Of a stretch of DNA of 64,000 bases, positions 52,316 through 61,430 are shown piece by piece. The translations under genes and the position numbers were made by a program. Numbering within the stretch: position 1 is the stretch's first letter; each line of letters begins with the position of its first letter. The notes beneath the pieces were generated by a model. It was not told the DNA's origin. It worked only from the letters and a program-made list of their open reading frames with translations, and made no database searches. The DNA lies in assembly GCA_963666365.2 (NCBI GenBank), contig CAXXNF010000002.1, forward strand, positions 2,112,001 through 2,176,000. The letters are read 5' to 3'. The DNA comes from Syntrophales bacterium (GTDB taxonomy: Bacteria; Desulfobacterota; Syntrophia; Syntrophales; UBA2210).

Positions 52316-54647
52316 ATTTATATCAGACAAAGAGACTTTCATTACAATGGCATCTGATTTTTTCAACGAACTTTTTGAACCAGCGTTTAATAGCGAGTGC
52401 GGTGATATCGAAATCAGGACATTCAAACCATCACCTCAACAGAACTTTTACAAATCGGAGCATGAAGCCGCTGAAAGAGCGTTCGATTTATGCAACCGGG
52501 GCATTGATGTGTATTTCGGAGTGAATCCGCGAACCGGCAATGCTGGAAAAAAAGAGAACATCCAGTATGTGAGTGCATTCCACGCGGAAATCGATTACGG
52601 CGAAACAGGTCATAAAAAAGATACACCCCATAAGACGTATGAAGACGCCTTAAATGCTATAGAATCCTTCAACCCGGAACCAACCATTATTATCCACAGC
52701 GGCGGCGGCTTTCATTGTTACTGGGTATTGAGCAATCCCGTAAAGGTCGATGCCATTGGATGTCAGATTCTGGAAAGCATCAATAAAAATCTGTCGGAAA
52801 AACTGGGAGGCGATCGGGGAACACAGGACATTACACGGGTGCTGCGAGTGCAAGGTACATACAATTTTAAAATAATGGACAATCCGCGACCAGTAATGCT
52901 CATATCCAACAGTCATAAGAAGTATGAGTATGAGGAGTTCAGGACATTCATACCCACCGAACATGCAGTCGCAAGCGGCATACCAGACACCGGCAAAAAT
53001 CTTCAGACACACCGCCCAGTTGCGCATGTTGAGCCCTCACAACTGTCGTTTGATATAGAGAACTTGCCTGTTTCGAGTAAAATAAAGTCGCTTATTAAGA
53101 ATGGCAATGACGGCAGGTATACATCAAGAAGCGAAGCAGACATGGCGGTGGTAATTGCTCTGGTGAATAAAGGGGTGAATACAGAAAATATCAAACAGAT
53201 ATTTCTCAACTGTGGCATCGGTGAAAAATACAGGGAGCATCGCTCAAAAGACGACTATTTGAACCATACCATTGAACAGGCAAAAAAATACTCTGATCTT
53301 ACCGAAGAAGAGAGGACAGACCCGCTTTTCATTACAAACGCGCTTTTAAAAACAGATGGGAGATATCGACTCAACATTCTGAAATTTCAAGAATACATGG
53401 TCAGAAAATACCGTATAGTCATTCTTGACCGTGAACAGGCAATGTTCCGCTATACAGGTAAATGCTATGAACAGATAACAGATAAGGCCCTTAATAATCT
53501 CTGCCAGAGGGAACTGAAGGACCATAGAAATCTCTTTTCCCGGTCGTCTCTTTCAGAATTCATCCATTACGCCGTGGGAGAAACACTGGCCGACAGCGAG
53601 AAGGTGAAGCAGGAGCAGGTCAATTACCTGACAATGCAAAACGGCATCTATGAATTTGACCGTGGGAGATTATTGCCCCGTACCCCAAAAATCTTCACAA
53701 CGAATCTTCTGCCTTTTGAATACGACCCCAATGCTAAATGCACCAGATTCATACAGTTTCTTAATGAAGTATTCGAAGGTGAGCAGGAAAAGATCCGTTT
53801 CGTACAGGAAGCTGTGGGGTACATCTTTCACAAGTCCATTCCCACCCCTGCGGTCTTTTTCCTTATCGGGTCAGGCAGCAACGGCAAGTCGGTTTTCATT
53901 AACACCATATCCAGCCTGGTAGGAAAGGAGAATACAAGCAACGTCAGCTTCAACCTCCTTTCCGACGAGACCTACATTCTTGAGCTTTATCAGAAGATGA
54001 TCAACATCTCCGGTGAAACCCCTCATGCAAAAACGATCGATACAGATGTGATTAAAGCGGTGACGGCTGGCGATTGGGTTACGGGAAGAGAGCTTTACAA
54101 ACCGCCCATGAAATTCCGACCTTTTGCTAAAAGCTTTTTAGCTATGAATAATCTGCCCACAATAAAAGATACCTCGCATGGTATGTGGCGGAGAATATGG
54201 GTTGTCACTTTTCCCAAAAAATTTGAAGAACATGAGATGGATCGACAGCTGGAAGAAAAACTCACGAAGGAGTTATCAGGCATCTTTAACTGGGCGCTTG
54301 AGGGGTACAGTAGATTAAAAGGAAACGGTTTTTCTTTACAGGAAAGCGATTCCATGAAACTGGAGAAGAAGTCTTACCGGATAAGTGCCGACAGTGCCAG
54401 AGAATTCATTAGTGAATATCTTGCTCCTTCGAGTGATGAAAATGCACGAATTAAACTTAGTGTGCTCTATAACCACTATAAAGACTGGTGTAATTCACAA
54501 AGATCAAAAGATGTTAAAAATAAAAATGAATTCAAAATAATACTTGAAGATATGAAATATTATGTAGACAACTCTTCAAAAGACAATAATCAAGTTCATG
54601 CATTCAATGTTGTTTTTAAAGAGAATATAAAAAATATTATTGTATAA
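52308..54647 (+). CDS. primase-helicase (RepB-like primase + P4/D5 SF3 helicase)
   Basis: VYFGVNPR, AEID, SGGGFHCYW, RVLRV; GSGSNGKS, KAVTAGD, MWRR. Confidence 0.88.
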   Translation: MTKFISDKETFITMASDFFNELFEPAFNSECGDIEIRTFKPSPQQNFYKSEHEAAERAFDLCNRGIDVYFGVNPRTGNAGKKENIQYVSAFHAEIDYGETGHKKDTPHKTYEDALNAIESFNPEPTIIIHSGGGFHCYWVLSNPVKVDAIGCQILESINKNLSEKLGGDRGTQDITRVLRVQGTYNFKIMDNPRPVMLISNSHKKYEYEEFRTFIPTEHAVASGIPDTGKNLQTHRPVAHVEPSQLSFDIENLPVSSKIKSLIKNGNDGRYTSRSEADMAVVIALVNKGVNTENIKQIFLNCGIGEKYREHRSKDDYLNHTIEQAKKYSDLTEEERTDPLFITNALLKTDGRYRLNILKFQEYMVRKYRIVILDREQAMFRYTGKCYEQITDKALNNLCQRELKDHRNLFSRSSLSEFIHYAVGETLADSEKVKQEQVNYLTMQNGIYEFDRGRLLPRTPKIFTTNLLPFEYDPNAKCTRFIQFLNEVFEGEQEKIRFVQEAVGYIFHKSIPTPAVFFLIGSGSNGKSVFINTISSLVGKENTSNVSFNLLSDETYILELYQKMINISGETPHAKTIDTDVIKAVTAGDWVTGRELYKPPMKFRPFAKSFLAMNNLPTIKDTSHGMWRRIWVVTFPKKFEEHEMDRQLEEKLTKELSGIFNWALEGYSRLKGNGFSLQESDSMKLEKKSYRISADSAREFISEYLAPSSDENARIKLSVLYNHYKDWCNSQRSKDVKNKNEFKIILEDMKYYVDNSSKDNNQVHAFNVVFKENIKNIIV

Positions 54648-54659
54648 TGTAATACTTTT

Positions 54660-54940
54660 TTCCCAAAAGATTAAAAAGAGATTAATTCCCAGCATAAACA
54701 TTAATCAGTAATAGCTGAATATAATAAAATGGTTAAACCGAAAGATTAATAGATTAATTCTTTTTTATATTATTTGTTGCAAATAAAAAACAATATTATA
54801 AATATAATATAAATTATAAATAAAAAATAAAAGATAGGAAATTACATTAATCTGTTAATTTTTACCAGAACACAGTAATAATATTAATGATTTTAGATTA
54901 ATGGATTGTATATTTATTTAATCTCTTTTTAATCTGACTG
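54660..54940. other. candidate replication origin of the element
   Basis: 18-bp perfect IR AGATTAAAAAGAGATTAA (54668/54918), many ATTAA units, very AT-rich core. Confidence 0.7.
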
Positions 54941-55200
54941 TTTCCTCAGAGAAATATTGTCCTTCATGAGTTTTTCAAAAAATAGTACAATAATAGTAAT
55001 GTAAGAACCCTTAAGCAAATTTTGGCAAAAAAAAGAAAAGACAAAACAATATGAAATAGTTTACCTTCAAATATTGAAACTTAAAACCAACAACACTGAA
55101 TTAAAACGACTCCTTTTCCGGTAATTCGATTGATCCCCGATACTGTTTTGACTTTAAAAGAGCATCTTAAAGAACTTATAAATGCCCAGAAAAACCGAAA

Positions 55201-55590
55201 ATGACTATCACTGCACGTTTCCTTCAACACCCCCTGGGAGAGCTTTTTGCTCATAACCTTCTATCGAAGAGCTATGACTGGTTGGATAACCGGTTTTATC
55301 GCCTCCCCAATAATGCCCAGGTTTTCTATAGAAGGTTTTTGATCCACAATGACTATAAGAGTATCCCCCTGAAAATCGAGACGATTATAGAAGCATTAAA
55401 CCTCGTTGACAAAAATATCACCAACCTGACCGGAACAATAGAAACGAATATCCTGAAGCCGCTCATGGACCAGGGATTAATCGATTCCTATGAGAAAAAG
55501 AGGGATGGTCTCTACGGTTTGAAGTTCATAATTAAGCGATCGAAAAATTCAGTACCCGTTGAGATTGACCTTCAACAGCCGTCAAGTTGA
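55201..55590 (+). pseudogene. truncated plasmid Rep (TrfA/RepA-like) C-terminal winged-helix fragment
   Basis: AQVFYRRF..IPLKIETIIEALNL..LKPLMDQGLIDSYE; no SD; iterons follow. Confidence 0.45.
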
Positions 55591-55598
55591 GATGGATT

Positions 55599-55657
55599 GA
55601 GGGTCTGTAAAACTTTAATCGAGGGTCTGTAAAACTTATATCGAGGGTCTGTAAAAC
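55599..55657 (+). repeat. three iterons, 22-bp period
   Basis: GAGGGTCTGTAAAAC at 55599, 55621, 55643; AAGATATAAT repeats at 55704-55730. Confidence 0.85.
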
Positions 55658-56380
55658 GGAAACCGATTTAAACCTTTCAGATTGGTTAGGATCTCAAAAA
55701 TACAAGATATAATAAGATATAATAAGATATCTTAATACCGGAACCCCTCCCTTTGGGTCGGGTTTCCTCGGGGACCATATAGTTATATTTTTGTAGTTAG
55801 GGAAAAATGGTTATGGAGATATGAATATTCATACAAGAAGATTGGTCATGCATTACTAAAGGAATTGGTCAAGAGGAAATTATGGGGTAATAGATTTATA
55901 GTAATGAAGAATGGGTAAACATTACTTGTGAGATTGGTCGTACACACCATGGGGTTTACTTGTAAGAAATACAAAACTATAACAAATAAAAAATGGTGAG
56001 AGAAGAAGAGTGGTCGGTTGCTGCTTTTATCTACTGTTTACTTCATGCTGCTGGTGGGTATACTGAAACAATACCCTCTGAAGTCTATCTCATGTCTTCC
56101 AGGAAAGAAGATCTGTGGGAAAGTGGAATGGATCGCGAAGGGTTCCCATGGTAGTAGCGTCCGTTATTACAGCAGGAGTAATGGGTCCCGGTTTCGCGCG
56201 CCGCCTGATGGGATCGTGAGCCTCATTGAGGGAGACCGTCCGTACTGTCGAGCATTCACCATCCCGGGACTTCTCAGGTTGTCTCTCCGGTGAGTTCTGC
56301 CGCATCGTATATATGGGGTTGGATTATGAATGAACGAGTGCTGACATCAAAGCAGGAAGGTTTGAGAGGGGAGGGCAAAT

Positions 56381-56396
56381 ACGCAGGAGTCTGCGT
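56381..56396. repeat. third copy of ACGCAG-GAGT-CTGCGT palindrome
   Basis: Identical 16-mer to the copy at 48954. Confidence 0.85.
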
Positions 56397-56612
56397 TTTT
56401 AGCTGTTTTCACCATGAGCATCGGGCAGAATGGATGGACGTATTGAACATTCTCCGAGACTATCGAAAGTACCTCTGCAAATAAACGAGATCATTCCGAA
56501 ATAACGACCGTTTTTCGCCGTTCTTGATATTTACAATGAATTTTGGGCGAATTCGGGAAGGCGTTGGAATGAAAGGGATATGTGTTGCGGAGTACACCTC
56601 TAAAGCCTCAGC

Positions 56613-56684
56613 GGTGGCGGAATCAATCGGAATCAGCTGGCGGAATGAATCATATTCGGGTGGCGGAATGCGTCGGAATATCCA
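56613..56684. mobile_element. orphan IS21-family terminal remnant
   Basis: Repeated TGGCGGAAT/CGGAAT units ending ..CGGAATATCCA. Confidence 0.55.
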
Positions 56685-56889
56685 TTTCGTTCAACGGCTC
56701 TTCACGTTTCATCGAATGAGCAGGCGCACCACCCGCCTTTTGCGGCCCGCCTTCGTCTCCATGATAATCAAATATCTCTTACAGTATCAACGGGATACAA
56801 AATTATTTTTATCATACGCCCCTTCTGGCACGGTTCTTTCTATAAAGTAAGGCAAAGACACACGAACACACCAAAAGGAGGAAAATGAT

Positions 56890-57165
56890 ATGAAACGGAC
56901 ACTTCAGACACTGATCATGGCGGTCTTCGTGGTTCTGATTACGGCATCCTTCAGCTTTGCCGAGTATGTGGCATCGACGGCGGGGAATTTCCCCTACTTC
57001 CAACTGGGCTGCCTGGTGGTGGGCGGTCTGATCATCACCTCACTGAAGCACAAATACTCCAAGATCTACATGAGCGAAGCCGTCGGTTCCTTCGCGCTGT
57101 ACGCGGTGCTGGTGGCCCTCTTCACGGCTCCGGTCATCGATGGATTGAAGGCATTGGTCAGTTAG
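56890..57165 (+). CDS. small membrane/exported protein
   Basis: RBS AAGGAGG; signal-like N-terminus and two TM segments. Confidence 0.7.
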   Translation: MKRTLQTLIMAVFVVLITASFSFAEYVASTAGNFPYFQLGCLVVGGLIITSLKHKYSKIYMSEAVGSFALYAVLVALFTAPVIDGLKALVS

Positions 57166-57236
57166 ATAGAGTAATATAGAAAAAGAGCGCTTCACCTGCA
57201 TAACGGCAGGCATCCTCGGAAAGGAGGACAAAGGCA

Positions 57237-57482
57237 ATGACAGCATTGAGAGAACATATGCACCAGATGGAGAACAGATCGCAATACACGTCGGTATTCA
57301 TGATAAGCGTGTGGGGATTTGTAATCGCAATTTCGTCCTTCCTCTTTCTCTATGCGGGGTACTGGCTTGACCAGCAGTTCGGTTCCGCGCCGACCTTCAT
57401 GCTGGGACTCTTCTTTCTCGGGGTGTTCCTCTGCATAGGTCGTCTCTACTGGGAAGTCTGGGTGAGACGGGGAAAGGACTAA
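57237..57482 (+). CDS. AtpZ/AtpI-family small membrane protein
   Basis: AGYWLDQQFGSAPTFMLGLFFLG; RBS AAGGAGG. Confidence 0.75.
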   Translation: MTALREHMHQMENRSQYTSVFMISVWGFVIAISSFLFLYAGYWLDQQFGSAPTFMLGLFFLGVFLCIGRLYWEVWVRRGKD

Positions 57483-57673
57483 ACCCTGCCGGCAGCGCCG
57501 GTTGCCTCGTCGATAACGCCCATCGTATACAAAAGATCCCCCTTTACTATCAAAAAAGGGGGACTTTTTTGAATCCGGCGACAGCATACGCAATTACGAC
57601 CCTCTCACGCGACACTTCCAGTCTGTCGTGCACTTTTGTGGTTTTTCGAGGACCAGTATCCCCGGAATTGACC

Positions 57674-57702
57674 TTGACACACAAGAGAACGTTTCTTATA
57701 CT
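57674..57702 (+). promoter_or_regulatory. sigma70 promoter
   Basis: TTGACA-N17-TATACT. Confidence 0.7.
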
Positions 57703-57849
57703 GCCGCCAACTGAAAGTAATTTCTCATCAATCGCTGATATCGGACTGTTAGAGGCACCGCAACCACTGGCGATCGACGGACCACCGGCCGCACCGTGTT
57801 TCCACCGGCAATGGCGCGGATTCTTTAACCAAAACGACAGGAGCAAACG

Positions 57850-59850
57850 ATGAAAATGGTTTTCTACTGGATCTTTGGTGTTATTGGTGTGTTCTTACTC
57901 TGCCTCACCGGTTGCGAGTCCGGGTCCGAGAGCGATAGCCTGGGTGCTTCAGATGGGAATGGCATTGCCATCTTCGCCTATAGCCAGGACTGCAATAATT
58001 ACTTTTCCAAACACGCCTACTCTCATTTGGGAGAAACGACGATGAGCGGCCAGTGGGACAGCAGCTACTACTGGGACCATATGACAAAGTTCAACGTTGG
58101 CGACCAGCAGTACATCATGGGCCACCACAAGTACGATCCCTCTACCCTGAAAGGCTCGAATGACTGGTGGATAAGGAGAATCTACAAAACCGGCGACCTT
58201 GGACAACAGACCGACAGCGGCGTGTGGTCGCACCGCTACCAGACCCTGACCGGCTGCAAGTCAGGCAACAACTCGTTTATAATTGGCCAGAGCTCTGACA
58301 CCAAGCGCTGGTTCGTTCAGCAAGTGCTGACCGGTGGCAAACTCGGAGACGAGACGTCGTCGGGTACCTGGTACGACTATTATCCTGTCGCGGTCCCGTT
58401 GGAAATGAACGGCAATACTTTCATCTATTTCCAGTCCAGCAGGGATGAGTCGAGCCGGTACTATTGGTTCATCGCCAAGCTGACTGAGACCGGACACCTC
58501 CACCAGACCGACGACGGCTACTGGAACAATCTTTATCACGCACACACGTCCTTCGAGATCGACGGCATCTGGTACATCTTCGGAATCAGAAAACCGACTG
58601 CCGAGTCAAAGGGGGTCTGGTTCATCCAGCACGTTTTTCACGATGGTACGATGGGCAACGAGATGGACAACGGCAAATGGGATTATTTCTATCAGACCAT
58701 CGCCTCATACAGGGCTGAGAACGGCAAGACCTACATTCTATCCCACAATGCGGAATACAATTTCTGGCACATTCACGAGGTGCACTCCGGCGGAACAATG
58801 GGCTCTGAGACCGACAGCGGCGTCTGGGACAACTACTGCGAATACGTTTTTCCGGTCAGCTTCAACACAGTTTACCTGCGCGACGACAATTGGATGACCG
58901 CTATGAACGATACCATCGGCCCCCGCAAGCTGATCAACATCACGCTGCCGGGTTCGCACGACGCAGGTGTAAATGAGAAGGACTACAATTTGGGGGCGGA
59001 CTGTTTTAGCGGCGCCTGTTCGTGTAACACCACCGCACAGGAAACCGACATCATCGGCCAGCTCGAACGCGGATCGCGCTACTTTGATATCCGTCCGTCC
59101 TGCATGGAAAGCAATAAAAAGGAATGGGCATCCTGGCTAACCGCACATCTTGAAGTGAACGGTTCGACAATCCTGGGCTGCCAGAGCGAATCCATGTCCA
59201 ACGTGTTTGCCGACGTCTCCGATTTTTTTGCCAACGGCGCCCATAACCAGGAACTGGTCATCCTCAAGATTTCCCATTGCATTGACGTCAATTGCGCAGA
59301 AGGACAATGTGACGGCAACGACTTTGACTTGCTCGTGTCGCACATCAAGAAAGATCTGCCTAACCTGGTTAAGTGCGACGACAATTGCAATCTGATGGAC
59401 ATGACGCTCGACGAAATTCTCGAAAAAGGGAACGTTATCGTTCTGGTTGACGAGCCTAGTGGCATTTCAGTAAGAGACAAGGCCAACGGCATCTTCTCCT
59501 GGTCCGACGACATGCCGATATACGACGAATATTCCAATACCGACGATCTGGACACCATGACCAGCGACCAACTCAGTAAGCTGAAAAACTCGCACAACCA
59601 CAAGAATAAGCTCTTTCTGCTCTCCTGGACTCTGACTATGACTGAGGATGATGCCATTGCGTGCATAATCACGAAAAACTCTATTCTGAATATGGCTTTA
59701 CAAGCGCGCGAAGCGCTCTTTCCGACGCTCATCGGCGGATGGGTCGAAAAGGGGACCATCACACAGGAGATCTATCCGAACATCCTTTACCTCGATGCGT
59801 TCCAGCAACTGGGTACGCGGGCCGCGATATACTTGAACCTTTACGATTAA
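57850..59850 (+). CDS. lipoprotein: Trp-rich repeat beta-propeller + PI-specific phospholipase C domain
   Basis: Lipobox LTGC; about six TDSG.W repeats; WM..LPGSHDAG, QLERGSRYFDIRP, ELVIL. Confidence 0.8.
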   Translation: MKMVFYWIFGVIGVFLLCLTGCESGSESDSLGASDGNGIAIFAYSQDCNNYFSKHAYSHLGETTMSGQWDSSYYWDHMTKFNVGDQQYIMGHHKYDPSTLKGSNDWWIRRIYKTGDLGQQTDSGVWSHRYQTLTGCKSGNNSFIIGQSSDTKRWFVQQVLTGGKLGDETSSGTWYDYYPVAVPLEMNGNTFIYFQSSRDESSRYYWFIAKLTETGHLHQTDDGYWNNLYHAHTSFEIDGIWYIFGIRKPTAESKGVWFIQHVFHDGTMGNEMDNGKWDYFYQTIASYRAENGKTYILSHNAEYNFWHIHEVHSGGTMGSETDSGVWDNYCEYVFPVSFNTVYLRDDNWMTAMNDTIGPRKLINITLPGSHDAGVNEKDYNLGADCFSGACSCNTTAQETDIIGQLERGSRYFDIRPSCMESNKKEWASWLTAHLEVNGSTILGCQSESMSNVFADVSDFFANGAHNQELVILKISHCIDVNCAEGQCDGNDFDLLVSHIKKDLPNLVKCDDNCNLMDMTLDEILEKGNVIVLVDEPSGISVRDKANGIFSWSDDMPIYDEYSNTDDLDTMTSDQLSKLKNSHNHKNKLFLLSWTLTMTEDDAIACIITKNSILNMALQAREALFPTLIGGWVEKGTITQEIYPNILYLDAFQQLGTRAAIYLNLYD

Positions 59851-59862
59851 CGGAGCGTGGAC

Positions 59863-60014
59863 TCAATTCCGGGGACAGACTCAATGCAGTATTTCTGCAA
59901 AAAAGGTACAATTCCGGGGACAGTATACTTAATTCAGTATTTCTGTAAAAAAGGTGACGGTATTTTTTTGCCGGCTTTCAAGGAAACCTGAGGGCCTTTA
60001 ATTAAGTATACTGT
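59863..60014. repeat. REP-like repeat cluster (AATTCCGGGGACAG family)
   Basis: Two tandem ~45-bp units; ACAGTATACTTAATT (59920) inverted at 60000-60014. Confidence 0.75.
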
Positions 60015-60130
60015 TTGAATGCATAAGTAAGAAAGATTGCAGGAAACCTCCAGGCGGGTCACAATGTTTGTAAATGCAAACTGCTGGGTCGAGATGAGTT
60101 CGCCCAGAAATGAACCACAAGGAGGTTTCC

Positions 60131-61162
60131 ATGGACAGATCTTACTACATAGGGTTGGATATTCACAAGAAGGTAATCGCATATTGTATCAAGGCCCTTG
60201 ACGGATCCTTGATTGATCAGGGAAAGATAGGGGCAGACAGGCTGGCCTTGGGAGTATGGGTGAAGGGTCTGCCGGGACCCTGGATAGGAGCTATGGAAGC
60301 GACCCTCTTCACCGGATGGGTGTACGACTTTTTGAAACCCCATGCCGTTGCCCTGAAGGTGGCTCATCCAGCGATGCTCCAGGCCATAACAGTCGCCAAG
60401 AAGAAGAATGATCGAGCCGATGCGGAAAAGATAGCCGATCTACTGCGGGTGAATCTTCTGCCTGAATGCCACATGCTCTCGGAAGAGATTCGCGAACTGG
60501 GGAGAATATTACGATATCGCAACCACATAGTTCGGACGGCAGTGAAGATTCAGAACAAGATGTCGGGCCTGCTCATGGAGGTTGGGGTCAGCTACAGCAA
60601 AAAACGCCTGCACGGCAATAAATACTTTCATGAGCTACTCGAACGGGTCGATGAGATTCCTCCTTCGGTTAATGAGCTTCTTCAGTTGAGCCGTTCCAGC
60701 TATGAGATGTTTCGCTCTTTCCAGAAGCGGCTTGTTGAGACGCTTCGTACCGACAGCCTGATCAGTGGGCGGGTGCATCGTCTCATGACCATCCCCGGAG
60801 TAGGCGAGATAACAGCTCTCACTTGGATATTAGAGATTGGCGATCCTGACCGATTCTCATCCATTCGGAAGGCAGTCAGTTACTGTGGTTTGTGCAGCGC
60901 GCAAAGGGAATCAGCGGGGAAGGAACAGCGAGGTCCCATCTCCAAGAAGAGGAACAAGCACCTGCAAACCATGCTCATTGAGGCAGCAAAGGTTGCGCCG
61001 CACTGGAACGAACAACTGGCAATCGTACATGAACGAGAATTGAAGAAGGGTAACCGGAACAGGGCAACGCTTGCCGTTGCGAGAAGGCTTGTTGCCTACA
61101 TGTTGGCCGTTGACAGGAAAGGAGCAGATTTCAATCTGCCCTCTGAAATACGGGCAGCATAA
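60131..61162 (+). CDS. IS110 DEDD recombinase/transposase
   Basis: IGLDIHK, AMEAT, KNDRADA, TIPGVG, ESAGK; RBS AAGGAGG. Confidence 0.95.
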   Translation: MDRSYYIGLDIHKKVIAYCIKALDGSLIDQGKIGADRLALGVWVKGLPGPWIGAMEATLFTGWVYDFLKPHAVALKVAHPAMLQAITVAKKKNDRADAEKIADLLRVNLLPECHMLSEEIRELGRILRYRNHIVRTAVKIQNKMSGLLMEVGVSYSKKRLHGNKYFHELLERVDEIPPSVNELLQLSRSSYEMFRSFQKRLVETLRTDSLISGRVHRLMTIPGVGEITALTWILEIGDPDRFSSIRKAVSYCGLCSAQRESAGKEQRGPISKKRNKHLQTMLIEAAKVAPHWNEQLAIVHERELKKGNRNRATLAVARRLVAYMLAVDRKGADFNLPSEIRAA

Positions 61163-61204
61163 AGCAAAAGCTGAACATATAGATCTGCCGAGAGGAAGAT
61201 CTTC

Positions 61205-61430
61205 CCGCCGGGCCTTGCCGTTCTGGGGACTGTGCTATCGGATGTAGGTATCCGTGATGCACCGGTTATTATGTTTCGAGGCCGGTGGGTTGACCCAAAC
61301 TCAATCTTCTGCAGAGGTCATGAAGGATATGGTGTAACGCGAACCTGTCTGACCTTGATACAGCAAATGGATGTCTGGTCGCATGTGATCGATTAGTGCG
61401 GACCAAAAAGGATTATAAAGATCGGGTTGC
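61205..61430 (+). ncRNA. putative bridge/seek RNA of the IS110 element
   Basis: Two stem-closed internal loops with segments matching the target (ACTGT..ACCG) and donor (ATGGATGT..CAAA) junctions. Confidence 0.65.

Noticed and set aside
55599..55730. Direct repeats as a mini CRISPR array
   Set aside because: The 15-bp repeats have 7-bp gaps and no cas genes are nearby; they fit iterons.
56018..56850. Short ORFs in the 56.0-56.85 kb region
   Set aside because: No recognisable motifs or convincing RBS; they overlap repeats and the IS end remnant.
57703..57849. Riboswitch in the ~140-nt PI-PLC leader
   Set aside because: No known aptamer consensus or terminator recognised; an Rfam scan would be needed.
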